A stretch of DNA of 64,000 bases from Polyangiaceae bacterium (lineage in GTDB: Bacteria > Myxococcota_A > Polyangia > Polyangiales > Polyangiaceae): NCBI GenBank assembly GCA_035063585.1, contig JAPSGB010000016.1, forward strand, positions 1-64,000, in the 5' to 3' direction. The notes under the pieces are model-generated. The model saw only the letters and a program-made list of their open reading frames with translations, did no database searches and was not told the origin of the DNA. Numbering within the stretch: the stretch's first letter is position 1; each line of letters begins with the position of its first letter. The position numbers and the translations under genes were made by a program. Positions 7,853 through 16,890 of this stretch are shown in pieces.

Positions 7853-10476
7853 CCGCCGACCTCCGCGATCTCGAGCGGCTGGCGCTTGCCGCGGAACCAT
7901 TCGAGCGAGCTCGATGCTCGCCCGAGCGCGATGGGCTCGGGCTCGAACGGATGAAAGCCGCCGTCGCGGAAGACATGGAGCGCGCTCGAGTCCGGGTCGA
8001 GCGTCGCCAGCCGGATCCAGCCGTTCTCGACCAGCCGAACCACCGCCGGCGTGACCGAGGCCGCCGCGAGGAGGAGCTCCGGCCGGGTCTCGACGACCGC
8101 GAGCAGCCGGACGGGCTCGTGGATCTCGACCATCTGCCAAGGGAGCCCGGTGCGAAGATCGCTCGAGTAGCCGTCCATGACGCCGACCAGCGACGTGATG
8201 TTGTGCGGTAGCTTGGTCCCGGCTCCGTAGCGGGCGTTATCGATGTACGAAAAGTAGTATTCGAGGTTGATGCCCGCGCCGACCGGCACCACCGACGCGA
8301 GCACGCGCGCAAGCACCGCGCCGCTCGGATCACGCGACCCATCGTATGACACGAGAAACGCGCGGCGATCGAGGAAGAGCCCACGGGTCCGCGCCCGGCG
8401 GCCAATGAAGGCGGTCGCGTTGGTCGCGTGCCCGTATTCCGGTCGCGGCTGCGCGAGGTCCACGGCGCGCCCTTCGACGTGACGGAGCGCCTGCGATGGC
8501 GACCAATCGAGCCGCGCGGACTCGAAACGACGGCTGCGCTCGAGCGCGTCGCGCGCCCGCGCCTGGTCGAGCGCGGCGCGGAGCTCGGCGAAGGAGGGCG
8601 GCGGCGTCTCGAGGTCGAAGCATGAGATGGCGTCGCTGCAGGTGTCGTGGAAGGCGCCGATGAAGCGGGTTCGCGCCGGGATCTCGATGCCGCGCGCCGC
8701 GAGCTGCGCGCGGACTCGCGCGTCGTTGGCCATTTGGGCGAAGGCGCGCGCGTTCGGGCCGCCGCGCGCGCCGCCGCAAGCGCCACAGTCGTGCGCCGAC
8801 TCGTGCGGGTTGTTGAGGCTCGAGGAGCCATGACCGACGACGAGCACGAGCTCGCAGAAGCCCTCGGTGAGCCCGATCTCTTCAAGCAGCTCGCCGACGA
8901 TCCGCGCCATCTCCTCCACGCTGAAGTCGAGGTCGAGGTGCGTCTTTACCTCAGGGAGCGGCACGTGCAGCCGCGACGCCGCGCGCGGAAACAGCACGCG
9001 CCACACGAGCGGCAGCGCCGACAGCACGCCGAGCGCCGCGGAGAGCACCGTCCCGCGGACGAGGGTCCGGGTCCCGAGGTCGGTGTCGTAGGCGAGCTTG
9101 CCGGCCAGGCGCCGCCCGGTGCGGCGCCGCTCGCCGCGTCGCGACGCGCCCGGCGCAGCGACCTCGGAGACCGTGTGCGTGGGCGTGACGCCGACCGGGC
9201 AGAGCGGGATCGGGTGCGCGTCGTCGAGGCCCGTGTAGTACATCGCGACGCCGAAGAACCCGGCAGCGGCGTAGGTCTCGACCTCTGGCAGTACCTCCTC
9301 GAGGTGCCGGCGGAGCGACTCGGCGCGCTCGTCGATGCAGAACACTGCCTGGAAGCGCGGCCGCGGCGCCGGTCGCGGTCGGTGCACCGCGAGCGCGCCG
9401 AGGAACTCCTGCGCGTGGCGGCGCTCGTAGGCGAGGTGCCACAGGCGCCGCCGTTCGGTCGAGTCGAGCGCGGCGAGCTCCCGTGCGAGCGCGCTCACCG
9501 CGTCCGCGTCGAGCGCCTCGAGCGCGGCGAGCCCCCCGCCCTCGCCGGCGAACACACCGTACGCGGCCTGCGCCACCCGGAGATCGCGGCCTTCCGTGAG
9601 CGGCGAGGCCGTTCGCGGTGTGCGCTCTCCGAGGAAGGCGCGAGCCTCGCGCTCGAGCACCAGCCGAAGCGCCAGGAACTCGATGAGGCTCGCCGGCACT
9701 CGCCGCGCAGGTACCCGATCGGGACGGAGCTCGAGCTGATTCACGAGGCCCGCCCAACCCCTGAGCGCGAGGAGCTGCTCTCTGACGAAGTCGCCCCAGT
9801 CCGCCTCCGCGACGCCGAGCGCGTCGAGCGCTCGAACCGCGAGCTCGGCGGGCGCGCCGTCGGCCTCGCGCATCGCGCGCGTCACGCGGTGGACCCATGG
9901 GTTGGGAGGCGGCGCAGGTTGCGCCAAGAGCGCGCGCGCTGCCGCGAAGAGCCCCGCTTCGCGCCCCGGCATCGCCCAATACGCGACGCCTTGGTCCACG
10001 AACGCCGCGACCAGGCGGATCAAGGTGGGATGGATCAACCGCGACGTATCCACCGGCGCCAGCTCGCAGCGCGGGCTCCGGACGGCGAAGCGCGTGACGC
10101 AGGCCTCGAGCAGCGCGGAGTCGAGCTGCCCCTCACTTGCTCGCCAGTCGAGCGCGGCGTCGCTCGGCTCCTCGAAGGTGAAGAGGAGCGCGCGCTGGGC
10201 GAGCGCGCGTCGATCCGGCTCGAGCTCGTCACGGAGCACGGCCTCGAGATCGCGCCCGAGAATCCGACCGCGCGCATAGGCCGCGCGATACTCTGCCTCC
10301 GCGGCGAACGGTTCCGCGCCGAACCAACCACCCGCCTCGATCACCGCGCGCTCGAAGGGCAGATCTTCGAAGGCATGGAGCGTGTTGTGGTGGACGAAGA
10401 CGCCGATGGGCCCCTGCGCCGGCAAGAGGGGCCGGGCCTGCTCGACCGCGGCGTGAAGCCGCTCAAGCCTGGTCAT
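7849..10476 (-). CDS. dabA: DabA (DUF2309/UPF0753), soluble beta-carbonic-anhydrase-like subunit of the inorganic carbon pump
   Basis: PAQGPIGVFVHHNTLHAF. Zn-ligand motifs FCIDER, GHGSSSLNNPH and DCGACGG. Also QPRPEYGHA, RRAFLVSYD, INLEYYFS and DLRTGLPWQMVEIHEPVRL. Confidence 0.92.
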   Translation of the reverse strand: MTRLERLHAAVEQARPLLPAQGPIGVFVHHNTLHAFEDLPFERAVIEAGGWFGAEPFAAEAEYRAAYARGRILGRDLEAVLRDELEPDRRALAQRALLFTFEEPSDAALDWRASEGQLDSALLEACVTRFAVRSPRCELAPVDTSRLIHPTLIRLVAAFVDQGVAYWAMPGREAGLFAAARALLAQPAPPPNPWVHRVTRAMREADGAPAELAVRALDALGVAEADWGDFVREQLLALRGWAGLVNQLELRPDRVPARRVPASLIEFLALRLVLEREARAFLGERTPRTASPLTEGRDLRVAQAAYGVFAGEGGGLAALEALDADAVSALARELAALDSTERRRLWHLAYERRHAQEFLGALAVHRPRPAPRPRFQAVFCIDERAESLRRHLEEVLPEVETYAAAGFFGVAMYYTGLDDAHPIPLCPVGVTPTHTVSEVAAPGASRRGERRRTGRRLAGKLAYDTDLGTRTLVRGTVLSAALGVLSALPLVWRVLFPRAASRLHVPLPEVKTHLDLDFSVEEMARIVGELLEEIGLTEGFCELVLVVGHGSSSLNNPHESAHDCGACGGARGGPNARAFAQMANDARVRAQLAARGIEIPARTRFIGAFHDTCSDAISCFDLETPPPSFAELRAALDQARARDALERSRRFESARLDWSPSQALRHVEGRAVDLAQPRPEYGHATNATAFIGRRARTRGLFLDRRAFLVSYDGSRDPSGAVLARVLASVVPVGAGINLEYYFSYIDNARYGAGTKLPHNITSLVGVMDGYSSDLRTGLPWQMVEIHEPVRLLAVVETRPELLLAAASVTPAVVRLVENGWIRLATLDPDSSALHVFRDGGFHPFEPEPIALGRASSSLEWFRGKRQPLEIAEVGG

Positions 10477-10478
10477 AT

Positions 10479-10508
10479 GACGCAAAATAACGTAATCCAA
10501 CGTAATCT
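10479..10508. promoter_or_regulatory. AT-rich divergent control region with 10-bp-phased direct repeats
   Basis: GACGCAAAAT-AACGTAATCC-AACGTAATCT lies between the dabA and regulator start codons. Confidence 0.6.
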
Positions 10509-10509
10509 A

Positions 10510-11226
10510 ATGCGCAACGATGAACCGGAAGGCGCGGGCGACCGCCTGATGACGCTGCGCGAGCTCGCCGATTACCTGAGCCTGAACCAGCGGACGGTGC
10601 TGAAGCTCGCGGGCGACGGCGCGGTGCCCGGCATCCGGCTCGGCGCGCAGTGGCGCTTCAAGCGCGAGATGATCGACGCCTGGCTCGACGATCGGATGCT
10701 CGGCGTCCGCTCGGCGCCACCGCCTCCGCCGGCCGCGAGCGCGCGCGCGTTTACCTTCGAGCAGTGCCTCTCCGAATCGCACGTGGTGCCGGCGCTCGCC
10801 GCCCGGACCTTCATGGGCGCCCTCGGTGAGCTCGCGGCGCGAGCCGCCGAGCTCGGGCTGGTGCGCGACAAGACGTGGTTCCTCGGCGCGCTCGTCGAGC
10901 GAGAGAACGTGCTGTCGTCGGCGGTCGGCAAGGGCGTCGCGTTCCCGCACACGCTCGCGCGCCATCCCGAGCAGGTCGAGCGTCCGTTCATCCTCGTCGG
11001 GCGTTCGCATCAGGGGCTCGCCGCGGGCGCGCCGGACGAGCGGCCCGTGAGGCTCGTCTTCATGCTGGGGCTCCGCTACGAGGAGCTGCACCTACCGTGG
11101 CTCGCGCGGCTGAGCAGCGTGCTGCTCGAGCGCTCGGCGCGCGCGGCGCTCCTCGACGCGGCCGGCCCTCGAGAGCTCACGCGGCGCCTGCGGGAGCTGG
11201 CCGGCGAGGTGGGAGGAGCAGGCTAG
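10510..11226 (+). CDS. Excisionase-type (HTH_17) DNA-binding domain fused to a PTS EIIA (Ntr/Fru-type) domain
   Basis: N-terminal LMTLRELADYLSLNQRTVLKLAGDGAVPGIRLGAQWRFKREMIDAWL. C-terminal LVERENVLSSAVGKGVAFPHT retains the phospho-accepting His. Alternative start at 10549. Confidence 0.88.
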   Translation: MRNDEPEGAGDRLMTLRELADYLSLNQRTVLKLAGDGAVPGIRLGAQWRFKREMIDAWLDDRMLGVRSAPPPPPAASARAFTFEQCLSESHVVPALAARTFMGALGELAARAAELGLVRDKTWFLGALVERENVLSSAVGKGVAFPHTLARHPEQVERPFILVGRSHQGLAAGAPDERPVRLVFMLGLRYEELHLPWLARLSSVLLERSARAALLDAAGPRELTRRLRELAGEVGGAG

Positions 11227-11238
11227 CGCGCGGCGCGG

Positions 11239-11991
11239 TCACGCCTCGCGCGCGACCGTGAAGTCGAGCGCGCCGAGCTCGTCGAGCTCGACGACCACGT
11301 GATCTCCCGCCGCGAGCGGGCCGACGCCCTCGGGCGTGCCGGTCGCGATGAGATCGCCGGGCTCGAGCGTCATCGCCTGGCTCACCCACGACACCACGCG
11401 AGCGACGTCGAAGAGCATGTCGCGCGTGTTGCCGTCTTGGCGCAGCTCGCCGCCGACCCGCAGACGAACCCCGAGCGCGCTCGGGTCTACGCCGCTCACC
11501 ACCAGCGGCCCCACCGGACAGAAGGTGTCGAACCCCTTCGCGCGCCACCACTGCCCGTCTCGCTTCTGGAGATCGCGCGCGGTGACGTCGCACACGATCG
11601 TGTAGCCGAACACCGCGCCGAGCGCGTCGGCGGGTGAGACGCGCCGGCAGCGCCGGCCGATCACGACGGCGAGCTCTGCCTCGTGCTCGATCCGCTCGGC
11701 CTCGCTCGGCAGGCGCACCGTGCCCCCCGGCCCGATCAGCGCCGAGGGCGGCTTCAAGAAGACGAGCGGCTCCTTCGGCACCTCGTTGCCGAGCTCGGCG
11801 GCGTGGGCGCGGTAGTTCCGGCCGATGCACAGGATCTTGCTCGGCTCGACCGGACACTCGAGTCGCGCTGCGGAGAGCGTGATCCGCTCGCCGGTGGGTG
11901 CGCCGCCGAGCCACGGTGCGCCCCCGAGGAGCACGCCTTCGTCTCCGGAAAGCTCGAAATAACCCGCCGGGATACGTCCGAAGCGCCTCAT
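11239..11991 (-). CDS. Fumarylacetoacetate hydrolase family protein
   Basis: [44 protein letters not shown] and [13 protein letters not shown]. Confidence 0.92.
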   Translation of the reverse strand: MRRFGRIPAGYFELSGDEGVLLGGAPWLGGAPTGERITLSAARLECPVEPSKILCIGRNYRAHAAELGNEVPKEPLVFLKPPSALIGPGGTVRLPSEAERIEHEAELAVVIGRRCRRVSPADALGAVFGYTIVCDVTARDLQKRDGQWWRAKGFDTFCPVGPLVVSGVDPSALGVRLRVGGELRQDGNTRDMLFDVARVVSWVSQAMTLEPGDLIATGTPEGVGPLAAGDHVVVELDELGALDFTVAREA

Positions 11992-12331
11992 CGCGGCGAG
12001 CATCGCACGGCGGCCCCGCGCCGCGCGAGCCCGTGTGTCAGGTTGCGCCACATCGCTTGGCTCAGGGCTTGCTAGCGAGCCGTGTTCATGACGCAAGTCG
12101 CTTGGGCCGGAGTCGTGAGCCTGACCGCGGAGCTGCTCGCAGCGCGCGGCGGCGTCATCGCTGGGCCGACGAGCTCGGGTACGCTCACGATGACGGTGGC
12201 CGGCGGCGTGTCTGGCCTCGCCGGGAACACGGGCTCCGCGCTAGGCTTCGCGATCGGTGTCGCCGAAGTAGGTTGATTGGTGACGACGAGGGGCCCGAGC
12301 CTCCGCCCCTCCCCAACAAAGGCATGAACCC

Positions 12332-13741
12332 ATGACGCGGACATTTCCCTTTGCGGCAGCGATGGTGGCGGCCGGGCTCCTCGCCGCGTGTGGCGGCACG
12401 AGCTTCGAGGACGGCTCCGGCGGCACCGGCGGTGGCTCGAACGGGGGCGGCATCACCGGCTCCTTCGATCTGGTGTTCAAGGACGTGAAGCAAGGCGAGT
12501 CGCACGGCCTCAGCGCCCCGCCCGCGAGCGAGGGCGCGACCGCTCGGGTCGATCTTCGCAGGTCGGGCGGCGGTTACCAGGCGCTCGTGACCGCGCGCTG
12601 GGGGTACCCGGCCGTGATGACGGCCACCGTCACCAGCGGCTCGGTGACGCTCGAGGGGAGCGTGAGCGGGTTCTCCGCCGGGAACGCCTCCGACACCTGG
12701 ACGAAGCTGGTTCTCCCGAGAAGGAACGGCACCCTCTCCGGAACGATTCGCGCGGAGGGCATCGAGAATGTGTTCATGGGCGACGTCGGGGACAGCTACC
12801 CGATCACCTCGGGCGGCACCGTCGGCCCCGACGAGACCGCGCCGGAGCTCCGCGCCAGCGCGCCGTCCCCGCACGGCCCCGACGACGCGATCTTGCCGTG
12901 GGATGTCCTTCGGCTCGAGGCCGCCGAGGGCGTCGGCGAGGTCGCGCTCGCGAACCATATCCAGGTGAGCGCGTCGGAGGGTAGCGGTGAGCCTCGCCTC
13001 GCGTGGGCCACTACGCCGGACGCCGCCTCCGACGAGGCGTGGGGCGGCGCGATCGGGGCGACCGGTCGCTTCCTCGACTGGCCGAGCGCGCTCCGCGGCG
13101 TGAGCCTCGACGTCGACGCGGGTGTGCCCGACCTCGCGGGGCGCGGCTCGCCAGCGTTGAGCTTCTCCGAGCGCATCCTCTACGTCGGAGAGCCGCAGAG
13201 CGGCGTCTACTACGGGGCGGACGCCACGGACTACGGACAGTGGGGCAAGGTGACTCTGCGGTCGCCCGGCGACTCGCTCTGCGAGGCGGGCAGCTCGTGC
13301 GCGCAGCTCGGCCCGTTCACCAATACGGTATGCGGCGCCGAGCCGGCCGGGGTCGCGGCGCGACTGGTCGCCCGCGACGGTACGCTGGTGGTTCGCTATC
13401 GCGTGCTCGTCGCCGCGGCTCAGTACGGCGCGCCCGATGCGCCGCCCGACTGGATGGATACTCCCTTCAGCGTCGATCTCGTCACCCCGGGCGGCGAGCC
13501 CACGCAGACCCGCGCGCCTCACGCCAACCCGGTGTTCGTGACGCTCCCGACGCCGGTCGGCGAGCTACGCTGGGCGACCGAGTGGAGCGATCTCCAGATC
13601 CCCGTCACCAGCAATTCCAAGGGTGAGCTCGGCTACGCCGTCTTCGCGGGCACTTCGAAAGGAAGCTGCGGCGCCATGGGTGGCCCGGTCCCACCGCCCA
13701 GCACCATGGCGGTGCTCGTCGCCAGCGTCGTGATTCGCTAG
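12332..13741 (+). CDS. Hypothetical lipoprotein
   Basis: Lipobox LLAAC, Gly-rich linker and GC3-biased codons. No family recognised. Confidence 0.7.
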   Translation: MTRTFPFAAAMVAAGLLAACGGTSFEDGSGGTGGGSNGGGITGSFDLVFKDVKQGESHGLSAPPASEGATARVDLRRSGGGYQALVTARWGYPAVMTATVTSGSVTLEGSVSGFSAGNASDTWTKLVLPRRNGTLSGTIRAEGIENVFMGDVGDSYPITSGGTVGPDETAPELRASAPSPHGPDDAILPWDVLRLEAAEGVGEVALANHIQVSASEGSGEPRLAWATTPDAASDEAWGGAIGATGRFLDWPSALRGVSLDVDAGVPDLAGRGSPALSFSERILYVGEPQSGVYYGADATDYGQWGKVTLRSPGDSLCEAGSSCAQLGPFTNTVCGAEPAGVAARLVARDGTLVVRYRVLVAAAQYGAPDAPPDWMDTPFSVDLVTPGGEPTQTRAPHANPVFVTLPTPVGELRWATEWSDLQIPVTSNSKGELGYAVFAGTSKGSCGAMGGPVPPPSTMAVLVASVVIR

Positions 13742-13795
13742 CGGGGGAGGTCGGCCCGGCGCGGAACCGCGCGGTTCGCGCCGCGTGTTCGCTAG
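13742..13795. repeat. Hairpin repeat copy 1 (REP/MITE-like), flanked by CTAG
   Basis: GGGGAGGTCGGCCCGGCGCGGAACCGCGCGGTTCGCGCCGCGTGTTCGCTAG, identical to 17850-17901. CTAG occurs at 13738-13741 and 13792-13795. Confidence 0.8.
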
Positions 13796-13801
13796 GCAGG
13801 C

Positions 13802-13895
13802 GATGTCGAGACCTGCCCGCGCGGCGTAGAGCCCGATGCGTTGGGACGAGGCCGCCAACACCCGCGCTCGGATCACCCGTCTGCTCGCCGAGCAC
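13802..13895. repeat. ~90-bp repeat, copy A
   Basis: Core 13836-13895 matches 14917-14976 at 57 of 60 nt. Both copies begin GATGTCGAGAC. Confidence 0.8.
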
Positions 13896-13929
13896 GGCCT
13901 CGGGCCGAGGGCGCCTCCGGCACGCGCCG

Positions 13930-14076
13930 GCATTTTACCGCGACGGTCTGCTTGAAGCCCAGGTGGTGCGCGCGGTAGACGATCCCGAAGCCGCCCTCAC
14001 CGACCGCGTCCTCGACGCCGTACTTGCCGTCGATGGTCGCGCCCACCCAGCAGAACGGATCTTCGCCTGCAGGCAT
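13930..14076 (-). pseudogene. N-terminal fragment of a Ser/Thr protein kinase
   Basis: MPAGEDPFCWVGATIDGKYGVEDAVGEGGFGIVYRAHHLGFKQTVAVKC contains the Gly-rich loop and VAVK lysine. Similarity then stops. Confidence 0.8.
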
Positions 14077-14227
14077 CGCGCGCGGCATCGCAGCACCCGT
14101 CACGCGAGGATTCGGCGATGACCGCCGAGCGAGCGCGGTCCCGCGCCGCCCCGACCCAGCAGCCCAGGCGGGGATGGGCCCGGGTGCCGGTCCGGCGCGG
14201 TATCGCCCGGCGCGCGCGCTCAGCGGC

Positions 14228-14836
14228 TCAGGTGCGCCAGGCCCCGCGCCACACGCAGGCCGCATCGCCCCGGTGCACGCACGCGCGGTGCTCGACCTGC
14301 GCCGCGCGGGCCCCGACCAGCTCCAGCATGGCGTCGAACCAGCCGGTGATGCCGTACGCGCACAGGTACACGGGCATCGTGAGGTCGGCGAGCGTGATCT
14401 CGACGGAGCCTGCCGACGTCTCGACCACGAGCCCGCCGCGGCGGAAGTACTGCCGGTAGACGACCGGCAGCTTCTTCATGACGAAGCTCGGCGTGCCCAG
14501 GCGAAAGAACGCGCGGTACAGGGTCGGGATATCGCCCTTGGCGATCTCGGCGCCGAAGTGCCGCATGCGCGAGAGGTCGCGCGCCATGGGACCCTCGAAG
14601 ATGGCGCGATCGACGCCCACCACGGTCGCGAGGTCGGTCCAGGCCATGGCCAGCGGCGGGCGCAGGAACGCCTCCAGGAGCTCCGCGTCCAGGCGCGCCG
14701 ACACGTCCGCGATGCCCGCCGGTCCGTAGGCCGCCTCGACGTAGCGCCGACGGGCCGCGAGCCAGTTGCCCTTGCATGGCACCTCGCGCATCGCGCCGAG
14801 CCGCTCGGCGCGGCCGAGGAACGGGTCCTGCTCCAC
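14228..14836 (-). CDS. Myxobacterial TIGR02265/DUF2378-like protein (V4R-like C-terminus)
   Basis: KGNWLAARRRYVEAAYG, LYRAFFRLGTPSFVM and GWFDAMLELVGA...CVHRGDAACVWRGAW. Confidence 0.65.
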   Translation of the reverse strand: MEQDPFLGRAERLGAMREVPCKGNWLAARRRYVEAAYGPAGIADVSARLDAELLEAFLRPPLAMAWTDLATVVGVDRAIFEGPMARDLSRMRHFGAEIAKGDIPTLYRAFFRLGTPSFVMKKLPVVYRQYFRRGGLVVETSAGSVEITLADLTMPVYLCAYGITGWFDAMLELVGARAAQVEHRACVHRGDAACVWRGAWRT

Positions 14837-14885
14837 CGCCCGAGCCTGGCAGATCCTGGGCTCCGCGTCAGCCCGAGCGCTCAGA

Positions 14886-14976
14886 GATGTCGAGACTCGC
14901 CCGCTGCTCCGGCCCCATGCGTTGGGCCGAGGTCGCCAACACCCGCGCTCGGATCACCGGTCTGCTCGCCGAGCAC
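14886..14976. repeat. ~90-bp repeat, copy B, ending at CTAG
   Basis: See copy A. Followed directly by TAG (GAGCACTAG). Confidence 0.8.
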
Positions 14977-15100
14977 TAGGACTACCAGGGCCGCCGCCTC
15001 CGCCCGGGCCTCCAGGGCCACCGCCACCCGGGCCACCGCCGCCGGGACCACCACCCTGATTGTCGCTACCGTGATTGCCGTTGTTGCCGTTGCCGTTCAT
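14954..15100 (-). CDS. 48-aa Gly/Asn/Pro-rich ORF, probably the truncated 5' end of a longer gene
   Basis: Translated by hand as MNGNGNNGNHGSDNQGGGPGGGGPGGGGPGGPGGGGGPGSPSARRADR*. AAAGGAAG RBS upstream; starts 28 nt after the PIN gene stop. The last codons come from repeat copy B. Confidence 0.55.
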   Translation of the reverse strand: MNGNGNNGNHGSDNQGGGPGGGGPGGGGPGGPGGGGGPGSPSARRADR

Positions 15101-15128
15101 GACGTTCTTCCTTTCGCGCGTGAGCGCG

Positions 15129-15638
15129 CTACTTCACGAGTTCCCGAAACGATGGGAATGACACCTTGAACCGCCTGCCTTCGAGCGTGAGCTTGTCGGC
15201 GTCGGCGTCCTCGATGGAGAGGAGCCCCGCCTTGATCGCGAGGACGAACACGTCGATGGTCGTGAGGATGTGACCGGCTCCGACGCGGGCGATCGCCTCG
15301 CGATGGAAGCGCTTCTTCTCGTCGGAGGCGATGAACCAGCCCTTCTGCGCGGCGACCGCGATGCACGCGGCTTCGCCGCGACCGATGTGCTCGATCAGCT
15401 CGGCGAACACGGTGATGGCCTCGAGGTCGTCGATGATCTCGATCTTCAGCCAGCCCTCGCTGACCGCCGCGTCGAGCGTGGTCCGCTGCTCGGGGATCGT
15501 GATCTCCTCGCGCACGTGCTCCGGCACCACGAACTCGTGGTTCGGGATCTTGGCCAGCAGGCCAAGCCGCGACACGTGCATCAAGTTGATGAGCACGTTG
15601 GCGTCGGTCACGACGATGCGGAGGAGAGGTGTGCTCAC
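15129..15638 (-). CDS. PIN-domain protein (DUF3368-like), putative toxin nuclease
   Basis: VVTDANVLIN, VREE, IGRGEAACIAVA and IASDEKK supply the acidic PIN residues. GTGA overlap with the upstream gene. Confidence 0.85.
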   Translation of the reverse strand: MSTPLLRIVVTDANVLINLMHVSRLGLLAKIPNHEFVVPEHVREEITIPEQRTTLDAAVSEGWLKIEIIDDLEAITVFAELIEHIGRGEAACIAVAAQKGWFIASDEKKRFHREAIARVGAGHILTTIDVFVLAIKAGLLSIEDADADKLTLEGRRFKVSFPSFRELVK

Positions 15639-16882
15639 GGCGTGGAGTCGTCCTCGCCGTCCAGGCCGGCGTCATCGAGGAGTTGGTCGAGGTCGTCGAC
15701 GCTGAGGCCAACGAGAGCCACGAGCTCACGGAGCTTGCCGCGCGAGATCTCGTCACGGCGGTAGGCCTCGAGCGCGAGCCCGAGGAAGCGGTGCTTGAAC
15801 TCGCTGCGCATCTCCGCGTGGTCGGGCTCGAGCAGGCCGAGCGCCGTCGCGAGCTGCCTACCCTTGCCCTCGTCATCGAGGCCCTTGAGGTGGTTGAACT
15901 CGGCCTCCGAGAGCAGCCGCAAGTTGCGCAGCCGGTACAGCGCGGAGATGCGGCTCACGCCGAAGTGGTGTGCGAACAGCACGACGTCGTAGAGCTGGAT
16001 GGTCTGGGTGCCGGGCTCAGAGCGCCCCTCGACATTGAGCGCCGCGTCCTCGTCGAACACTTCGGCGAAGAGTCGGCTCGGCTTGCCCTTGCCGAGGCCC
16101 GCGACGAACTGGCGGACGCCGTCCTCGGGCATGAGGAAGTTCGCGGCAAACGCGTTGGCGCGCACCTCGACGAGGTCGTCGCGTGCGGAGGTCTGGCTGA
16201 TGAGCCCCGACCGATCGCGATCGGCGAGGACGTGGGCGTACTCGTGCGCGAACGAGAAGCGGCGGCGCAGGTAGTGATGCGCGTCGTTCGCGACGACGAA
16301 CAAGCCCACCTTGCGGTCGCTGAGAGTCAGGCCCGACACGTCGTTCGGCAGCGCGACCATCGCCGTGCGCACGCCCTGCGACTCGAGCAGCTCGGTCATG
16401 TCGGGGAGCGGCGCGAACCCGAGGCCCAGACGACGGCGCTCCTCCTCGGCGAGACGCTGGCCTTGCTGCACGGCCTCCCAGCGCGCCTTCGGCGTCGGGA
16501 ACGGGTACGAGGCGACCGCCGACAGATCGCGGTCGATGCCGACGAGCCGCTCGAGGTTCGTCAGCTCGCGCCCGAGCGCCATGCACTCGCGGAGCTTGTC
16601 GAGCACCTCGGGCTCGCCGGCCACCGAGGCCTGCGCGCGGAACAGCGCGGTGAGCGAGTCCTCCTGATGGAACTCGTTGGCCACGAACTCGCGGATGTCG
16701 CGCCCGAACAGGTACGCGAGCTTGTCGAGCTCCAGGCTGGAGACCGAGCGTTTGCCGGCCTCGATCTGAACGAACGTCGGCCGGGAGACACCGATGTGCT
16801 TCGCGGCGTCGTCTTGGGTCATGCGGCACGCTTCACGTGCGTCGCGGATTCGTCGTCCGAGTTCTTCTTGGGTGATGGTCAT
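15635..16882 (-). CDS. Xre HTH fused to an ImmA/IrrE-family Zn metallopeptidase (COG2856-type)
   Basis: N-terminal LGRRIRDAREACRMTQDDAAKHIGVSRPTFVQIEAGKR. HExxH in RRRFSFAHEYAH, and EVRANAFAANFLMP. Confidence 0.92.
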   Translation of the reverse strand: MTITQEELGRRIRDAREACRMTQDDAAKHIGVSRPTFVQIEAGKRSVSSLELDKLAYLFGRDIREFVANEFHQEDSLTALFRAQASVAGEPEVLDKLRECMALGRELTNLERLVGIDRDLSAVASYPFPTPKARWEAVQQGQRLAEEERRRLGLGFAPLPDMTELLESQGVRTAMVALPNDVSGLTLSDRKVGLFVVANDAHHYLRRRFSFAHEYAHVLADRDRSGLISQTSARDDLVEVRANAFAANFLMPEDGVRQFVAGLGKGKPSRLFAEVFDEDAALNVEGRSEPGTQTIQLYDVVLFAHHFGVSRISALYRLRNLRLLSEAEFNHLKGLDDEGKGRQLATALGLLEPDHAEMRSEFKHRFLGLALEAYRRDEISRGKLRELVALVGLSVDDLDQLLDDAGLDGEDDSTP

Positions 16883-16890
16883 CGTTGGCC

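Noticed and set aside
6567..8885. N-terminal ~770 aa of the 1210-aa ORF 5253..8885
   Set aside because: Arg/Ser-rich off-frame read-through overlapping dabB and dabA. Only the part from 6566 down is a credible protein.
8647..10509. N-terminal extension of the 859-aa ORF 8647..11226
   Set aside because: Antisense shadow of dabA. The real gene starts at 10510 or 10549.
12082..12276. 64-aa Gly/Ala-rich ORF
   Set aside because: No RBS or motif recognised and only moderate codon bias. It may be a gene fragment but cannot be supported.
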